Positions 10,170 through 20,784 of a stretch of DNA of 59,118 bases are shown here, in pieces. A model generated the notes under the pieces. That model did no database searches. It was given only the letters and a program-made list of their open reading frames with translations, and was not told the origin of the DNA. The stretch's first letter is position 1. Each line of letters opens with the position of its first letter. A program made the translations under genes and the position numbers. Source of the stretch: Candidatus Magasanikbacteria bacterium CG1_02_32_51 (lineage in GTDB: Bacteria; Patescibacteriota; Patescibacteriia; Magasanikbacterales; UBA922); assembly GCA_001871435.1 (NCBI GenBank), contig MNVC01000014.1:1-59118 (forward strand), read 5' to 3'.

Positions 10170-11801
10170 ATGTCAAATGGTATAAAAAAAAATGTAGTTG
10201 CGGTTATACCAGCTTCGGGTAAGCCGACTAATAAGATTCAGATTGGTACTGATACTCCAGACACAATGCTTCCTATAAATGGTAAGCCAGTGATTGGTTA
10301 TATTTTTGATGATTTGCTAGGGCGTGGTATTACTCAGATGGTGGTTGTCTTAAATAGTAATGACCGTCATACTGAAAAATATTTGAAGCAAAAATTTTCT
10401 ACAAAATGTAATTTTAATATTATTTATAATCATGAAGTTTTTAAAGGAATTGGATATTCAATTTATCTTGGCGTTTCGCAGGTGGATGAAAATAAAAGTA
10501 TTCTAGTGTATCTTGGTGATACCATATACAGAGGTAGTTTAAATTTTACAAATGATTTTGTAGTAGTTTCTGATAAATACGAAGTTAGTAATAAGTGGTG
10601 TTTTATTGAAAAAAGGGGAGAGTCTTTTATTTATTACAATAAACCTAAAGATTATTTAGGTGGTGGCAAAGTATTGGTGGGTTTGTATTTTTTTAAGGAC
10701 GGCAAAAAAATTATAAATACTTGTCGGGAATTATCTATTTCCAAGAAAAAAATTGAATTATTTAATATTTTAAAAAAATATGATGGATCATATAGACTGA
10801 TAAAAAATGGTAAGTGGTACGATTGTGGTAATATTGAAAATTATTACAGAGCTAAAATAGATTTTTTGAAATTACGAAGTTTTAACTCTCTTAAATATAA
10901 TGATTTGTATGGTTATATAACTAAAATTAGTAAAAAAAAAGATAAATTAATTGATGAAATAAATTGGTACAAAAATATTCCTCAGGATTTACAGATTTTC
11001 TCACCGCGCTTAATTAATAGCGAAATTGGTCTTGATAAAGTTTCTTATTCTTTAGAATATTACGGTTATCAGTCTTTGGCAGATTATTATGTTTATAATA
11101 ATTTTGATAAAAAAATTTGGTATCTGATAATTGATAGAATTTTTTTAATTACTAATTTATTCAAAAAACATTATTCTAAAGTTTCAAAAAAATATTATTA
11201 CCAGATGTATTTAGAAAAAACTAAACAACGTTTAACTGAACTAAGTAAAAATATTTATTGGCGAAACTTATTAAACAGAAAAAATATTACAATAAATAGT
11301 CAGTGTTTAAATGGTTGGCCATACTATGTTGATAAAATAAAAGATATTGTGCCAATTTTTTGTCGTAAAAAAGAAATGGGATTTTTACACGGTGATTTAT
11401 GTTTGAGTAATATTTTATTTGATCCGACTAATAAAATTTTTAAATTTATTGATCCACGCGGAAGCTTTGGTAGTTCCTCTCTTTTTGGAGATATTAAGTA
11501 TGATATTGCAAAACTTAGACACAGTTTTTCTTCTTATTATGATTTTATTGTAAGTGATCTTTTTGTTTTAGAAGAGAAAGGTGAAAATTTTGAATTAAAA
11601 ATTTTTACTGAACCGCTACATGGTAATGTTAAAAAATATTTTGATATTTCTTTAAAAAAATACGGTTATGATCTTAAAGAGATTAAATTAATTGAGGCAC
11701 TTTTATTTTTATCGATGATACCTCTACATAGTGATAATAAAATAAGACAGAAAGCCATGTTTCTTGTGGGTATTAAGTTATTAAATAGTATAAATATATG
11801 A
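10170..11801 (+). CDS. Nucleotidyltransferase-like domain fused to an APH/choline-kinase-like phosphotransferase
   Basis: N-terminal VIPASG/MLPINGKP..WYDCG; C-terminal HGDLCLSNILF..FIDPRG..YDIAKL. Confidence 0.8.
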   Translation: MSNGIKKNVVAVIPASGKPTNKIQIGTDTPDTMLPINGKPVIGYIFDDLLGRGITQMVVVLNSNDRHTEKYLKQKFSTKCNFNIIYNHEVFKGIGYSIYLGVSQVDENKSILVYLGDTIYRGSLNFTNDFVVVSDKYEVSNKWCFIEKRGESFIYYNKPKDYLGGGKVLVGLYFFKDGKKIINTCRELSISKKKIELFNILKKYDGSYRLIKNGKWYDCGNIENYYRAKIDFLKLRSFNSLKYNDLYGYITKISKKKDKLIDEINWYKNIPQDLQIFSPRLINSEIGLDKVSYSLEYYGYQSLADYYVYNNFDKKIWYLIIDRIFLITNLFKKHYSKVSKKYYYQMYLEKTKQRLTELSKNIYWRNLLNRKNITINSQCLNGWPYYVDKIKDIVPIFCRKKEMGFLHGDLCLSNILFDPTNKIFKFIDPRGSFGSSSLFGDIKYDIAKLRHSFSSYYDFIVSDLFVLEEKGENFELKIFTEPLHGNVKKYFDISLKKYGYDLKEIKLIEALLFLSMIPLHSDNKIRQKAMFLVGIKLLNSINI

Positions 11802-12880
11802 GAATAGTTATTGATTTGGACGGTGTGATTGCAGAACTTAAAAAAAATGGTCAGGATTATACTGATTTAAGAGTTAATGTTGGGGTAGTAGAAAAGATTA
11901 ATCAGTTAAAAAATTCTGGACATTATATTATTTTACAAACCGCACGTCATATGAAAACATGTGGAGGAAATCAAGGACAAGTTTTGGCAAAAATAGGTCA
12001 AAAAACACTTGACTGGTTAAAAAAAAATAATATCATGTATGACGAAATATATTTTGGTAAGCCATATGCTGATTTATATATTGACGATTTGGCTTATAAG
12101 TTTACTGGTTGGGATAATATATCTACCGAAGAATTAAATGAAGACATTGTTAACATTATTATTCCTATGGCTGGAGCTGGGTTGCGTTTTTTAAATACTG
12201 GTTTTAATAAACCAAAACCATTAATTGATGTTTTTGGACAGCCTATGATTAGTTGGGCAATGAAATCTTTTGATTTTTTGGATAAGATAAGCAAATATAA
12301 TTTGTTTTTTATTATTTTAGCTCAACATGATAAGGAGTTTGGTTTGGAAAATGAATTAAAAAAAATATTTGGAAAAAATTCTAAAGTAATAAAAATAGAT
12401 CAGATCACTCGTGGACAAGCTGAAACTTGTTTAGCAGCTAAAAATTATATAAATAATTATAATAAGCTTTTTATTTATAATTGTGACACTTATTCTACAT
12501 CAAAAATTTGGGAGATGGTGACTAATGAAAATCCTGATGGAATTTTATCGTGCTTCCAATCTACTGATCCAAAATATAGTTTTGCCAAAAATGATGAATA
12601 TGGCTATGTGTCTGAAACTGCTGAAAAGAAAGTAATTTCAAATTTAGCCACTAGTGGTATGTACTATTTTAAAAGAGGAGCTGATTTTGTTTCGGCAGTG
12701 GAAACAATGATAACAAATATACAAATGAGTAAAGGTGAATTTTACGTTGCACCTTGTTACAACGAGTTATTAAAATCTGGAAAAAAAATTAAGACTATTT
12801 TAGTGGATAAAAATCATGTTTTAGGGACGCCAGAAGAGTTGAAAGAGTTTATTAAAAACTATTCAGCTAAAATAGTATAA
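11798..12880 (+). CDS. HAD-like capsule-biosynthesis phosphatase fused to an NTP-transferase
   Basis: IDLDGVI..TAR..YFGKPYADLYIDD followed by IPMAGAGLRF..PKPLI..EKK.IS..LGTPEEL. Confidence 0.8.
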   Translation: MRIVIDLDGVIAELKKNGQDYTDLRVNVGVVEKINQLKNSGHYIILQTARHMKTCGGNQGQVLAKIGQKTLDWLKKNNIMYDEIYFGKPYADLYIDDLAYKFTGWDNISTEELNEDIVNIIIPMAGAGLRFLNTGFNKPKPLIDVFGQPMISWAMKSFDFLDKISKYNLFFIILAQHDKEFGLENELKKIFGKNSKVIKIDQITRGQAETCLAAKNYINNYNKLFIYNCDTYSTSKIWEMVTNENPDGILSCFQSTDPKYSFAKNDEYGYVSETAEKKVISNLATSGMYYFKRGADFVSAVETMITNIQMSKGEFYVAPCYNELLKSGKKIKTILVDKNHVLGTPEELKEFIKNYSAKIV

Positions 12881-14430
12881 TGATGCAACATAATATGTTA
12901 GACAATTCTTTGACTAATAAAACATTAAAAAATATTTCTTATAACATGATTGGTTTTTTCTTACCCATGTTTTTTTTGCTGGTTATTACTCCAAAGATAA
13001 TTACCAACTTAGGAACAAAAAATTATGGTGTTTATATGTATGTGTTGGCAGTTAGTAGTTTAATGGGTTTGTTCGATTTTGGACTAGGGCATACACTAAT
13101 TAAATATATTGCTGAATACAAAGAAAAAAATGATCACGAAAGAATAAAAAAATTGATTTCCACGTTTAATATAATTTTATTTCTTTTAGGATTTTTTGGC
13201 TTAATTATTTATGTTGTAATGGGTTTTTTTGCAACGTATTTTTTTTTAAGTATGAATGATGCTGGACATTATTATATTTGGTTATTTTTTATTTCAGGAT
13301 TAACATTTTTTATTAGTACTCTTAGTACAACTTATACAATTGTTCCTGTTGCTTTGCAAAGATTTGATATAAGTACTAAAATAGGTTTGATTAATTTATT
13401 TCTTTCAAATATATCTATTCTAATTTTAGTACTTTTCCATTTTGGATTAAGGGCTATTTTTATTTCCCAATTGTTTTTTGCTGTTTTGCTTTTTTTTGAG
13501 TATAGATTTTTTTCGCAGCGATTACTGCCAGAAGCAAAACTTAATTACAAATGGCATAAAAATGAGATTACCACTGTGTTTAAATTTAGTTTAGCTACTT
13601 ATATAAGTAACGCTGCTAATTCTGCTTTGACATACCTTGATAGGTTGTTAATACCAATTTATCTTGGACCAACTGCGTTGTCATATTATAGTGTACCTGG
13701 TAATATAAATACAAAGACTCCAAATTTAATAAATAATGTTTCAGCTGTCATGTTTCCGATGATAAGTAGTTTGAATAGTATAAAAAATATAGATAAGATA
13801 AAAAATATTTATTGTAGGGTGTTTAATTTAATTACAGTTATTACTTTTGCTATTTCAATTTCAATCATTTTGTTTGCAAATAAAATTTTGTTGTACTGGC
13901 TGAATGCTGATTTTGCAGAGAAGTCAACTGGAATTTTAATAATTTTGTCAGTCACATATTATTTTCTATCTTTAGCTGGTGTGTTGAATAGTTTTTTAAT
14001 GGGTTTAAGTAAAACAGGTTTTTTGTTAAAAACTTCTGTTATTATGACTATAATAAACGTTATTTTATTAGTAGTATTTTTGCCTTTTTGGGGCATAGAA
14101 GGTGCTGCTTATGCGTATCTTATTTCGGTTTTACCTGTAATATACATGTTTTATTATACTGAGAAAAAATATTTAAATCTAACTGGTCGTTGGAAATTTT
14201 ATTTAAAGTTATACTTTAAGTTATTTATAGTCTTATCTTTTTTTAGTATAATTGTTGTATACTTGATATTACCATTTGTAAATAATTTACAGTCAGTTGT
14301 CATTGCTGGCCCACTGTCTGTATTGTTATTTATTTTTTTGTATGGTATATTTGGTTTCTTTGAAAAAGAAGATATCGATCTATTAAATAAATATTTTAAA
14401 TTAGTTCTTAAAAAAATAAAATTAATATGA
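12880..14430 (+). CDS. Wzx-type polysaccharide flippase
   Basis: About 14 TM helices; DFGLG, YLDRLLI and WGIEGAAYA motifs. Confidence 0.85.
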   Translation: MMQHNMLDNSLTNKTLKNISYNMIGFFLPMFFLLVITPKIITNLGTKNYGVYMYVLAVSSLMGLFDFGLGHTLIKYIAEYKEKNDHERIKKLISTFNIILFLLGFFGLIIYVVMGFFATYFFLSMNDAGHYYIWLFFISGLTFFISTLSTTYTIVPVALQRFDISTKIGLINLFLSNISILILVLFHFGLRAIFISQLFFAVLLFFEYRFFSQRLLPEAKLNYKWHKNEITTVFKFSLATYISNAANSALTYLDRLLIPIYLGPTALSYYSVPGNINTKTPNLINNVSAVMFPMISSLNSIKNIDKIKNIYCRVFNLITVITFAISISIILFANKILLYWLNADFAEKSTGILIILSVTYYFLSLAGVLNSFLMGLSKTGFLLKTSVIMTIINVILLVVFLPFWGIEGAAYAYLISVLPVIYMFYYTEKKYLNLTGRWKFYLKLYFKLFIVLSFFSIIVVYLILPFVNNLQSVVIAGPLSVLLFIFLYGIFGFFEKEDIDLLNKYFKLVLKKIKLI

Positions 14431-15044
14431 TTAAAAAAATTTTAAAAAAATTTATAAGTGGAAATACAAGAGGGAAGATGCGTGAGATGGAAAAGGTTGT
14501 CAGATGGTATTTAAGCGGTAAGAGTGTGAGTACTCCCGGTTTGATAAAGCAAAGAACTTTGAAAAAAATTGGGATTAAACATAATATAAGAATATTTGTT
14601 GAGACTGGTACGGCAGGTGGTGGAACAGTTGATGCCTTAAAAAAATATTTTACCAAAGTTTATTCTATTGAAATTGATGATAGATTATTCAATAATGCAA
14701 AGAATAAATTTTTTAATGATAAAAATGTTGAGATTTTACACGGTGATAGTGGTGTTGTTTTGACAAAATTAATGCAACAAATAAATGAACCAGCACTATT
14801 TTGGCTTGATGGTCATTATTCTGGTGAGAATACTGGCAGAGGTTCTTTGGAAACACCTATTATGAGTGAATTAAATGCTATTTTTGAACATAATATAAAA
14901 AATCATATTATATTGATAGATGACGCCAGGTGTTTTGATGGTACAAATGATTACCCAAAAATAGAAGAGTTAAAAGATTTCATAAAGCAAAAAAATCCTA
15001 ATTTCAACATAGAAATTAAGAATGATATTTTAATTATTAAATAA
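14427..15044 (+). CDS. Putative SAM-dependent methyltransferase
   Basis: FVETGT, SIEID, HGDS, FWLDGHYS, LIDDAR. Confidence 0.65.
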   Translation: MIKKILKKFISGNTRGKMREMEKVVRWYLSGKSVSTPGLIKQRTLKKIGIKHNIRIFVETGTAGGGTVDALKKYFTKVYSIEIDDRLFNNAKNKFFNDKNVEILHGDSGVVLTKLMQQINEPALFWLDGHYSGENTGRGSLETPIMSELNAIFEHNIKNHIILIDDARCFDGTNDYPKIEELKDFIKQKNPNFNIEIKNDILIIK

Positions 15045-15060
15045 ATTTGTCTAATTTTTT

Positions 15061-16005
15061 ATGAGGCAGCTAAAACAAATAATTTTGAATTTAAAGTTTT
15101 TTCTATTGGATTATTGGGATCTTGAAATTGGAGATAAAAAATTATCACCTCCCACAAGTCGAGAGAAAGAGTTGATTGAGGAATTTCGTCGAAAAATGAA
15201 AGTATTACAACATTCTGCTTCTGCTGGGAACTCTTGGGCTGATTTTATTACAAAAATGAAACTATATTCAAAATATTTTGATCCAAGAAATTTCTTGCAT
15301 TGGGAAGTTATTAAATTAACTATGACAATGGCGGATTGTCCTCCTAATGCACTAGAAGAAATGGCGAGTTCTAGTTATTGGGAAAAAAGTTTCAAACAGG
15401 CCGTAATTGATCACCCTCTAGGAAATCATCCTGCGCATCCTATATTGAGTAATAGTAGTGGCACATCATTGGTCCATGCCTGGCATTTATATAATTTAAA
15501 AAAAGAAACAGGAATAAATTTTGAAGAATTAGATTTGATTGTTGAATTTGGTGGTGGTTATGGTAATATGTTAAAGCTTATCAGGAATTTGGGGTTTAAG
15601 GGTAACTATGTTATTTATGATTTATCAGCGTTTTCTTTGTTGCAGAATTTTTATTTACAAAATATTGGTTTTAAAACAACTTTCAATAAGTTTTCAGATA
15701 ATGAAACAGATCAGAATATCTTAATTGATAATCTGGATGATTTTGAAAATATTCTTAAAAATATAACCAGAAAGCAGAACCTATTTATAGCTACTTGGTC
15801 CATATCAGAAACTCCTTTGGAATTAAGAAAAATATTTTTTGATAAAGCAGGACAATATAATTATTACCTATTTGGGTATCAGGAAGAATTTGATGAAATT
15901 AATAATGTTAAATATTTTGTAGATTTTTCAGCTAATAATAAAAATATCCAGTGGATTGATAGGATAAACCATTGGCAAGGTCATTATTTATTTGGTAAAA
16001 AATAA
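15061..16005 (+). CDS. Putative sugar O-methyltransferase
   Basis: IVEFGGGYG, IYDL..LQ, FIATWSISE. Confidence 0.75.
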   Translation: MRQLKQIILNLKFFLLDYWDLEIGDKKLSPPTSREKELIEEFRRKMKVLQHSASAGNSWADFITKMKLYSKYFDPRNFLHWEVIKLTMTMADCPPNALEEMASSSYWEKSFKQAVIDHPLGNHPAHPILSNSSGTSLVHAWHLYNLKKETGINFEELDLIVEFGGGYGNMLKLIRNLGFKGNYVIYDLSAFSLLQNFYLQNIGFKTTFNKFSDNETDQNILIDNLDDFENILKNITRKQNLFIATWSISETPLELRKIFFDKAGQYNYYLFGYQEEFDEINNVKYFVDFSANNKNIQWIDRINHWQGHYLFGKK

Positions 16006-16010
16006 AACAT

Positions 16011-16952
16011 ATGGATATAGGATTAAATAAATACAAGAAAATTATAAATTCTCAATGGGGGGAAGATGGTATTTTAGAAGAGATTTTTAAGCGAATTGGA
16101 ACCAAAAATAAGATATGTGTGGAGTTTGGGGCTGGTAATGGTAAGGAGCTAAGCAATATTTGGTATCTTATTAAAGATTTGGGTTGGCATGGTTTATTAA
16201 TGGAACCAAACGAAAAAAATTTTAATAAATGGGAAGAGTTAAAAAAAGAATCGGATAATTTTAAGGTACTTAAAAAATTTGTTTCAATAGATGGTGAAAA
16301 TTGTTTGGATAGTATCTTAGAGAATAACAATATCGACAAAGATTTAGATTTACTCTCTATTGATATTGATTCTAATGATTATCATATTTTTGAAAGTTTG
16401 AAAAAATATGATCCACGAGTTGTTATTATAGAACACAACCCTACTATTCCACCCGAATTTGAAGCAGTACAAGCTCCCAACGAAGAGGAAAATTATGGGG
16501 CGTCAGCAAAATCATTGGTAAAATTAGCAAACAAAAAAGGTTATAAATTGGTAGCGGCGACACATACTAATTGTATATTTGTTCACCAAAAATATTTCGT
16601 GGATTTGAATATACAAGAGCCAAAATTAGAAGACGTATTTGATAGATCAGCAATATCATACCTGGTATCAGCAGTGAATGGTAGTACATATTTAGCTTGT
16701 AGTAATGATTACCCTAGTTTTACCTATCTCTACGATTCATATAACCTATACGCGAAAAAAGGATCGTTACATACATTGTCTTGTGGTTTGTCAATAAATA
16801 AGAATAATTCTAAGACACTATCAAGACAATTCAAACCGGTCAAAATATTTTGGAATAGGCAGGAGAATACGGTGAATTTATTGCATTTTATAATTAACAT
16901 TTTTAATAATTTAATAAAATTAATTAGAAAAAAATATGGAAAAAGGAAATAA
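16011..16952 (+). CDS. FkbM-like methyltransferase
   Basis: SQWGEDGIL, VEFGA, LLSIDIDSNDY, YGAS. Confidence 0.75.
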   Translation: MDIGLNKYKKIINSQWGEDGILEEIFKRIGTKNKICVEFGAGNGKELSNIWYLIKDLGWHGLLMEPNEKNFNKWEELKKESDNFKVLKKFVSIDGENCLDSILENNNIDKDLDLLSIDIDSNDYHIFESLKKYDPRVVIIEHNPTIPPEFEAVQAPNEEENYGASAKSLVKLANKKGYKLVAATHTNCIFVHQKYFVDLNIQEPKLEDVFDRSAISYLVSAVNGSTYLACSNDYPSFTYLYDSYNLYAKKGSLHTLSCGLSINKNNSKTLSRQFKPVKIFWNRQENTVNLLHFIINIFNNLIKLIRKKYGKRK

Positions 16953-17916
16953 AACCGCATTAGTGTGTGGGGCAGGTGGTTTCATTGGTAGTCATTTGGT
17001 AAAGAAATTAAAAAAAGAAGGTTTCTGGGTTAGGGGTGTGGATTTAAAATATCCAGAATATTCTTCTACAGAGGCTGATGAATTCATAATTGGTGATTTG
17101 CGTGATCCATTGTTAGTGTCAAAAGTTATAGACATGCCTTTTGATGAAGTTTATCAATTGGCTGCAGATATGGGTGGGGCTGGATATATCTTTTCAGGAT
17201 TACATGATGCTGATGTAATGCATAATTCAGCTATGTGTAATTTAAATGTCGTGTATCAAAGTAGTAAAGTTTCAGTAAAAAAAATATTTTATTCATCATC
17301 AGCTTGTATTTATCCTGAGTATAATCAAACTGATCCAAACAATCCCAAGTGTTCAGAATCTTCTGCTTATCCAGCTGCGCCGGATAGTGAATATGGTTGG
17401 GAAAAGTTATTTAGCGAAAGAATGTATCTATCATATAAAAGAAATTATGGCTTGGAAGTTAGGATAGCTCGTTTTCATAATATCTTTGGTCCAGAGGGAG
17501 CTTGGAACAATGGTAAAGAAAAATCTCCTGCTGCTATTTGTCGGAAGGTTGCAGAAAAACAAGATGGTGAAGAAATCGAGATTTGGGGAGATGGTGAACA
17601 AACTAGGTCGTTTTTATATATTGATGAATGTTTAGAAGCTGTGAGGAGATTTATGGACTCAGAATTTGCTGGACCAATTAACATTGGTTCAGAAGAAATT
17701 ATTTCTATAAATGATTTAGCTCGTATGGTAATGTCTATTGCTGGAAAAGAGTTAACTATAAAACACATTGATGGTCCTCTGGGAGTTCGTGGTCGCAAAT
17801 CTGATAATGATTTAATTATGGATGTTCTAAAGTGGGCACCAAGCCTACCTTTGAAAGAGGGCATGGAAAAAACATTTAATTGGATTAATGAACAGGTAAC
17901 CAATACTAAAAAATAA
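16936..17916 (+). CDS. GDP-mannose 3',5'-epimerase-like NAD-dependent epimerase
   Basis: GAGGFIG, QLAADMGGAGY, SSACIYPE, AYPAAPDSEYGWEK, EKSPAAICRK. Confidence 0.85.
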   Translation: MEKGNKTALVCGAGGFIGSHLVKKLKKEGFWVRGVDLKYPEYSSTEADEFIIGDLRDPLLVSKVIDMPFDEVYQLAADMGGAGYIFSGLHDADVMHNSAMCNLNVVYQSSKVSVKKIFYSSSACIYPEYNQTDPNNPKCSESSAYPAAPDSEYGWEKLFSERMYLSYKRNYGLEVRIARFHNIFGPEGAWNNGKEKSPAAICRKVAEKQDGEEIEIWGDGEQTRSFLYIDECLEAVRRFMDSEFAGPINIGSEEIISINDLARMVMSIAGKELTIKHIDGPLGVRGRKSDNDLIMDVLKWAPSLPLKEGMEKTFNWINEQVTNTKK

Positions 17917-17925
17917 TAATCCACT

Positions 17926-18837
17926 ATGTTAGTTGTCAAGTTAACGGGAGGTTTAGGTAATCAGATGTTCCAGTATGCTATTGGACGATATTTGGCTATC
18001 AAAAACAACCAGGTTTTAAAACTCGATATAAGGGGTTATTCTGGTAACGTAGCTGATCCAATGAGGGGCATTAGAGAATATGGTTTGAATAACTTTAATA
18101 TCAAATCCGAGATTGCAAATGATATTGATTTGATGCAATTTGATTCGTACTTTAAAAATAATCTGATTAATAAAATCATTCGTAAAATATTTACATTCTA
18201 CCATGGTAATTATTTTAAAAGAAGATATATATTGGAACCGATAACAAATTATTTTAAATTTGATAAGAATTTATTAAATATCAATATTGTTGGTGATATT
18301 TATCTAGAAGGATATTGGCAATCAGAAAAATATTTTTTAGGTATTGAAGAAGTTATTAGACATGACTTGACTGTAAAAGATGAACCTAGCGACTTTAATA
18401 AAGTAATTATTGACCAGATGAGTAATACAGAATCTGTCAGTATTCATATTAGACATGGTGATAATGCTAATGCCTCTGCAAAAAAACATGGTGTATTGTC
18501 TTTAGATTATTATCATAAGGCAATAAAAGAATTAAGTAAAAAAGTGTACAACCCTGTTTTTTATGTTTTTTCCGATGATCCTGAGTGGGCAAAGAATAAT
18601 CTTAAAATTAACTACAAAACAGTTTATATATCGCACAACAGTGATCAAAAGAATTATGAGGATTTACGTTTGATGACAAATTGTCATTATCACATTATTG
18701 GTAATAGCACCTTTAGTTGGTGGGGTGCTTGGTTGTCACCATACAAAGATAAAATTATTTTTGCTCCAAAGGTATATCATGTTGATAAGGACATCTCTAA
18801 TTCTGATTTTTTTCCGAACGATTGGTTTTTGATTTGA
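17926..18837 (+). CDS. Alpha-1,2-fucosyltransferase family (GT11)
   Basis: GGLGNQMFQYA, GYWQSEKYF, HIRHGD, NSTFSWWGAWL. Confidence 0.92.
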   Translation: MLVVKLTGGLGNQMFQYAIGRYLAIKNNQVLKLDIRGYSGNVADPMRGIREYGLNNFNIKSEIANDIDLMQFDSYFKNNLINKIIRKIFTFYHGNYFKRRYILEPITNYFKFDKNLLNINIVGDIYLEGYWQSEKYFLGIEEVIRHDLTVKDEPSDFNKVIIDQMSNTESVSIHIRHGDNANASAKKHGVLSLDYYHKAIKELSKKVYNPVFYVFSDDPEWAKNNLKINYKTVYISHNSDQKNYEDLRLMTNCHYHIIGNSTFSWWGAWLSPYKDKIIFAPKVYHVDKDISNSDFFPNDWFLI

Positions 18838-18952
18838 ATTAACTTCCTTGTAGTTTTATCTATTTATAGAGGTATTATATGTCTGTGATTGTTGGTTATT
18901 TGATTATTATAATAAGTGAGGTTACTTGTAATATTATGTATAAAATATAAAT

Positions 18953-19894
18953 ATGTTTTTAAATAAAAAAGCATTAAAAAAATTTATAAAAACAATCTTT
19001 TGGAGTTTTGGTTACAGAATTGATAGAGTTCCTTTTGTAAAAAAGTCTAAAGATGAATTGCTAAACTCTTTGGTTGGTAAGTATCACATTTTTTTAACTG
19101 GTGATTCTCAACTACCACTCTACTTGCGTAATCCGATGTATTCTACTAATCTACCAAGATTGGTCAAGGTTCTTAATCAAAAATATCAAGATCTAATTAT
19201 GATTGATGTTGGTGCTAATGTTGGTGATACGGTTGCTCTAACAAAAAGTGTGTGTGATATACCTATTGTGTGTATTGAGGGTGGGCAAGATTATTTTAAT
19301 ATACTAAAAAAGAATATAGTACAATTTAAAAACATATATGCTTTTCAGTATTTTTTTGGGGATAAAAATGGTAGTATTGGATCTAAATTAGTAAAGAATA
19401 ACGAAACTGCTAGAATTATAAATAGTGATCCTAGGGATAAAGGCACTGCTATCCAGGTGATTACTTTAGATAATTTTTTGGAATTAAATAGTAAATTTAA
19501 AAATGCTAAAATTTTAAAAATAGATACAGATGGTTATGATCTTAAGATACTTCGAGGTGGTATAAATTATATTGGAGAAACAAAACCTGTTTTATTTTTT
19601 GAGTATGATACTGTATATTTTTTAGAACAAAAAGATAGTGGAATTGATATGTTTAAAAGATTAGAGAGTTTAGGATATTCAGATATCATCTTTTATGATA
19701 ATGGAGGAAAAATAATAATATCTTGTAAGTTGGGTGACCATCTCCTTCTTCGGCAGTTGGATAATTATATTGACAAAGATTTTCGCACACCTTTTCCATA
19801 TTACGATGTGGCAGTCTTTCACGAAGAAGATACTGATATTGCTGATTTATTTGTTAAAAATGAAATGATGTTTTTTTACAATAATTATGAATAA
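18953..19894 (+). CDS. FkbM family methyltransferase
   Basis: IDVGANVGD, LKIDTDGYD, KPVLFFE. Confidence 0.88.
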   Translation: MFLNKKALKKFIKTIFWSFGYRIDRVPFVKKSKDELLNSLVGKYHIFLTGDSQLPLYLRNPMYSTNLPRLVKVLNQKYQDLIMIDVGANVGDTVALTKSVCDIPIVCIEGGQDYFNILKKNIVQFKNIYAFQYFFGDKNGSIGSKLVKNNETARIINSDPRDKGTAIQVITLDNFLELNSKFKNAKILKIDTDGYDLKILRGGINYIGETKPVLFFEYDTVYFLEQKDSGIDMFKRLESLGYSDIIFYDNGGKIIISCKLGDHLLLRQLDNYIDKDFRTPFPYYDVAVFHEEDTDIADLFVKNEMMFFYNNYE

Positions 19895-20780
19895 ACACTT
19901 GAGTAATTTTATATTCAAAATTTATAGAATAATAGGCCGATTGTTAATTAAATATTCTTTTAATAGTCGTCCATCCTCATTACCATTTATAACTGGTGAC
20001 GGTTTTAGAAACATTGCCGATTATATTTTTGATGATACATTAAAAAATGTAGTTCCAGAAAAAGTCAAAGAAGGACAAATAATTTTTGTTGGTGACAGTA
20101 ATATCAAAAGATATTTTAGAGAAATACATAATTTGATTAAAGTAAAGTATATTATTATAACCCATAATGGAGATGAATTTGTTGATAAAGATATTATCAA
20201 AATGATGGATGAAAAGATAATACATTGGTATGGTATTAATATTGACATTTGTAATGATCTTGTTACACCACTTCCTATTGGTATAGGTAATAAACATTTT
20301 TTTGTTACTGGTATACCTCTAATCTTTAAAAGAGTTATATTAAAAAATTATTTTAAAAAAAATAAAATATTTTATTTATTTACTGTTGCAACAAATCGTA
20401 CAGAAAGAGAGAATGCTTTAGAGTGTTTAAAAAAAAATTATTTTGCTGAAACTATTGATAAAATGATAAATTTCAATGAATACCTTCATCTTTCATCGAA
20501 GTATAAATTTATTGCTTCGCCTCCTGGGAGCTGTGTTGAGGGTCATCGAACATGGGAGGCAATTTACACAAAATCTATACCAATTGTGAAAAGATCTATT
20601 ACTACTGAATACTTTGAAAAAATTGGGTTGCCGATTTGGGTGATTAACGATTGGTCTGAAATAGACCAATTCGACGAAACTGGCTTAGCAAAAAAATATG
20701 ATGAAATTATGACCTCATCAGATTTAACTGCTATATATATAGATTATTGGTTTGATAAAATTTATAAATCAAAATTATAA
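19887..20780 (+). CDS. Hypothetical glycan-modifying protein (exostosin/GT47-like C-terminus)
   Basis: ITHNGD, KFIASPPG..EGHRTWEA..SIPIV. Confidence 0.55.
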   Translation: MNKHLSNFIFKIYRIIGRLLIKYSFNSRPSSLPFITGDGFRNIADYIFDDTLKNVVPEKVKEGQIIFVGDSNIKRYFREIHNLIKVKYIIITHNGDEFVDKDIIKMMDEKIIHWYGINIDICNDLVTPLPIGIGNKHFFVTGIPLIFKRVILKNYFKKNKIFYLFTVATNRTERENALECLKKNYFAETIDKMINFNEYLHLSSKYKFIASPPGSCVEGHRTWEAIYTKSIPIVKRSITTEYFEKIGLPIWVINDWSEIDQFDETGLAKKYDEIMTSSDLTAIYIDYWFDKIYKSKL

Positions 20781-20784
20781 TTGT

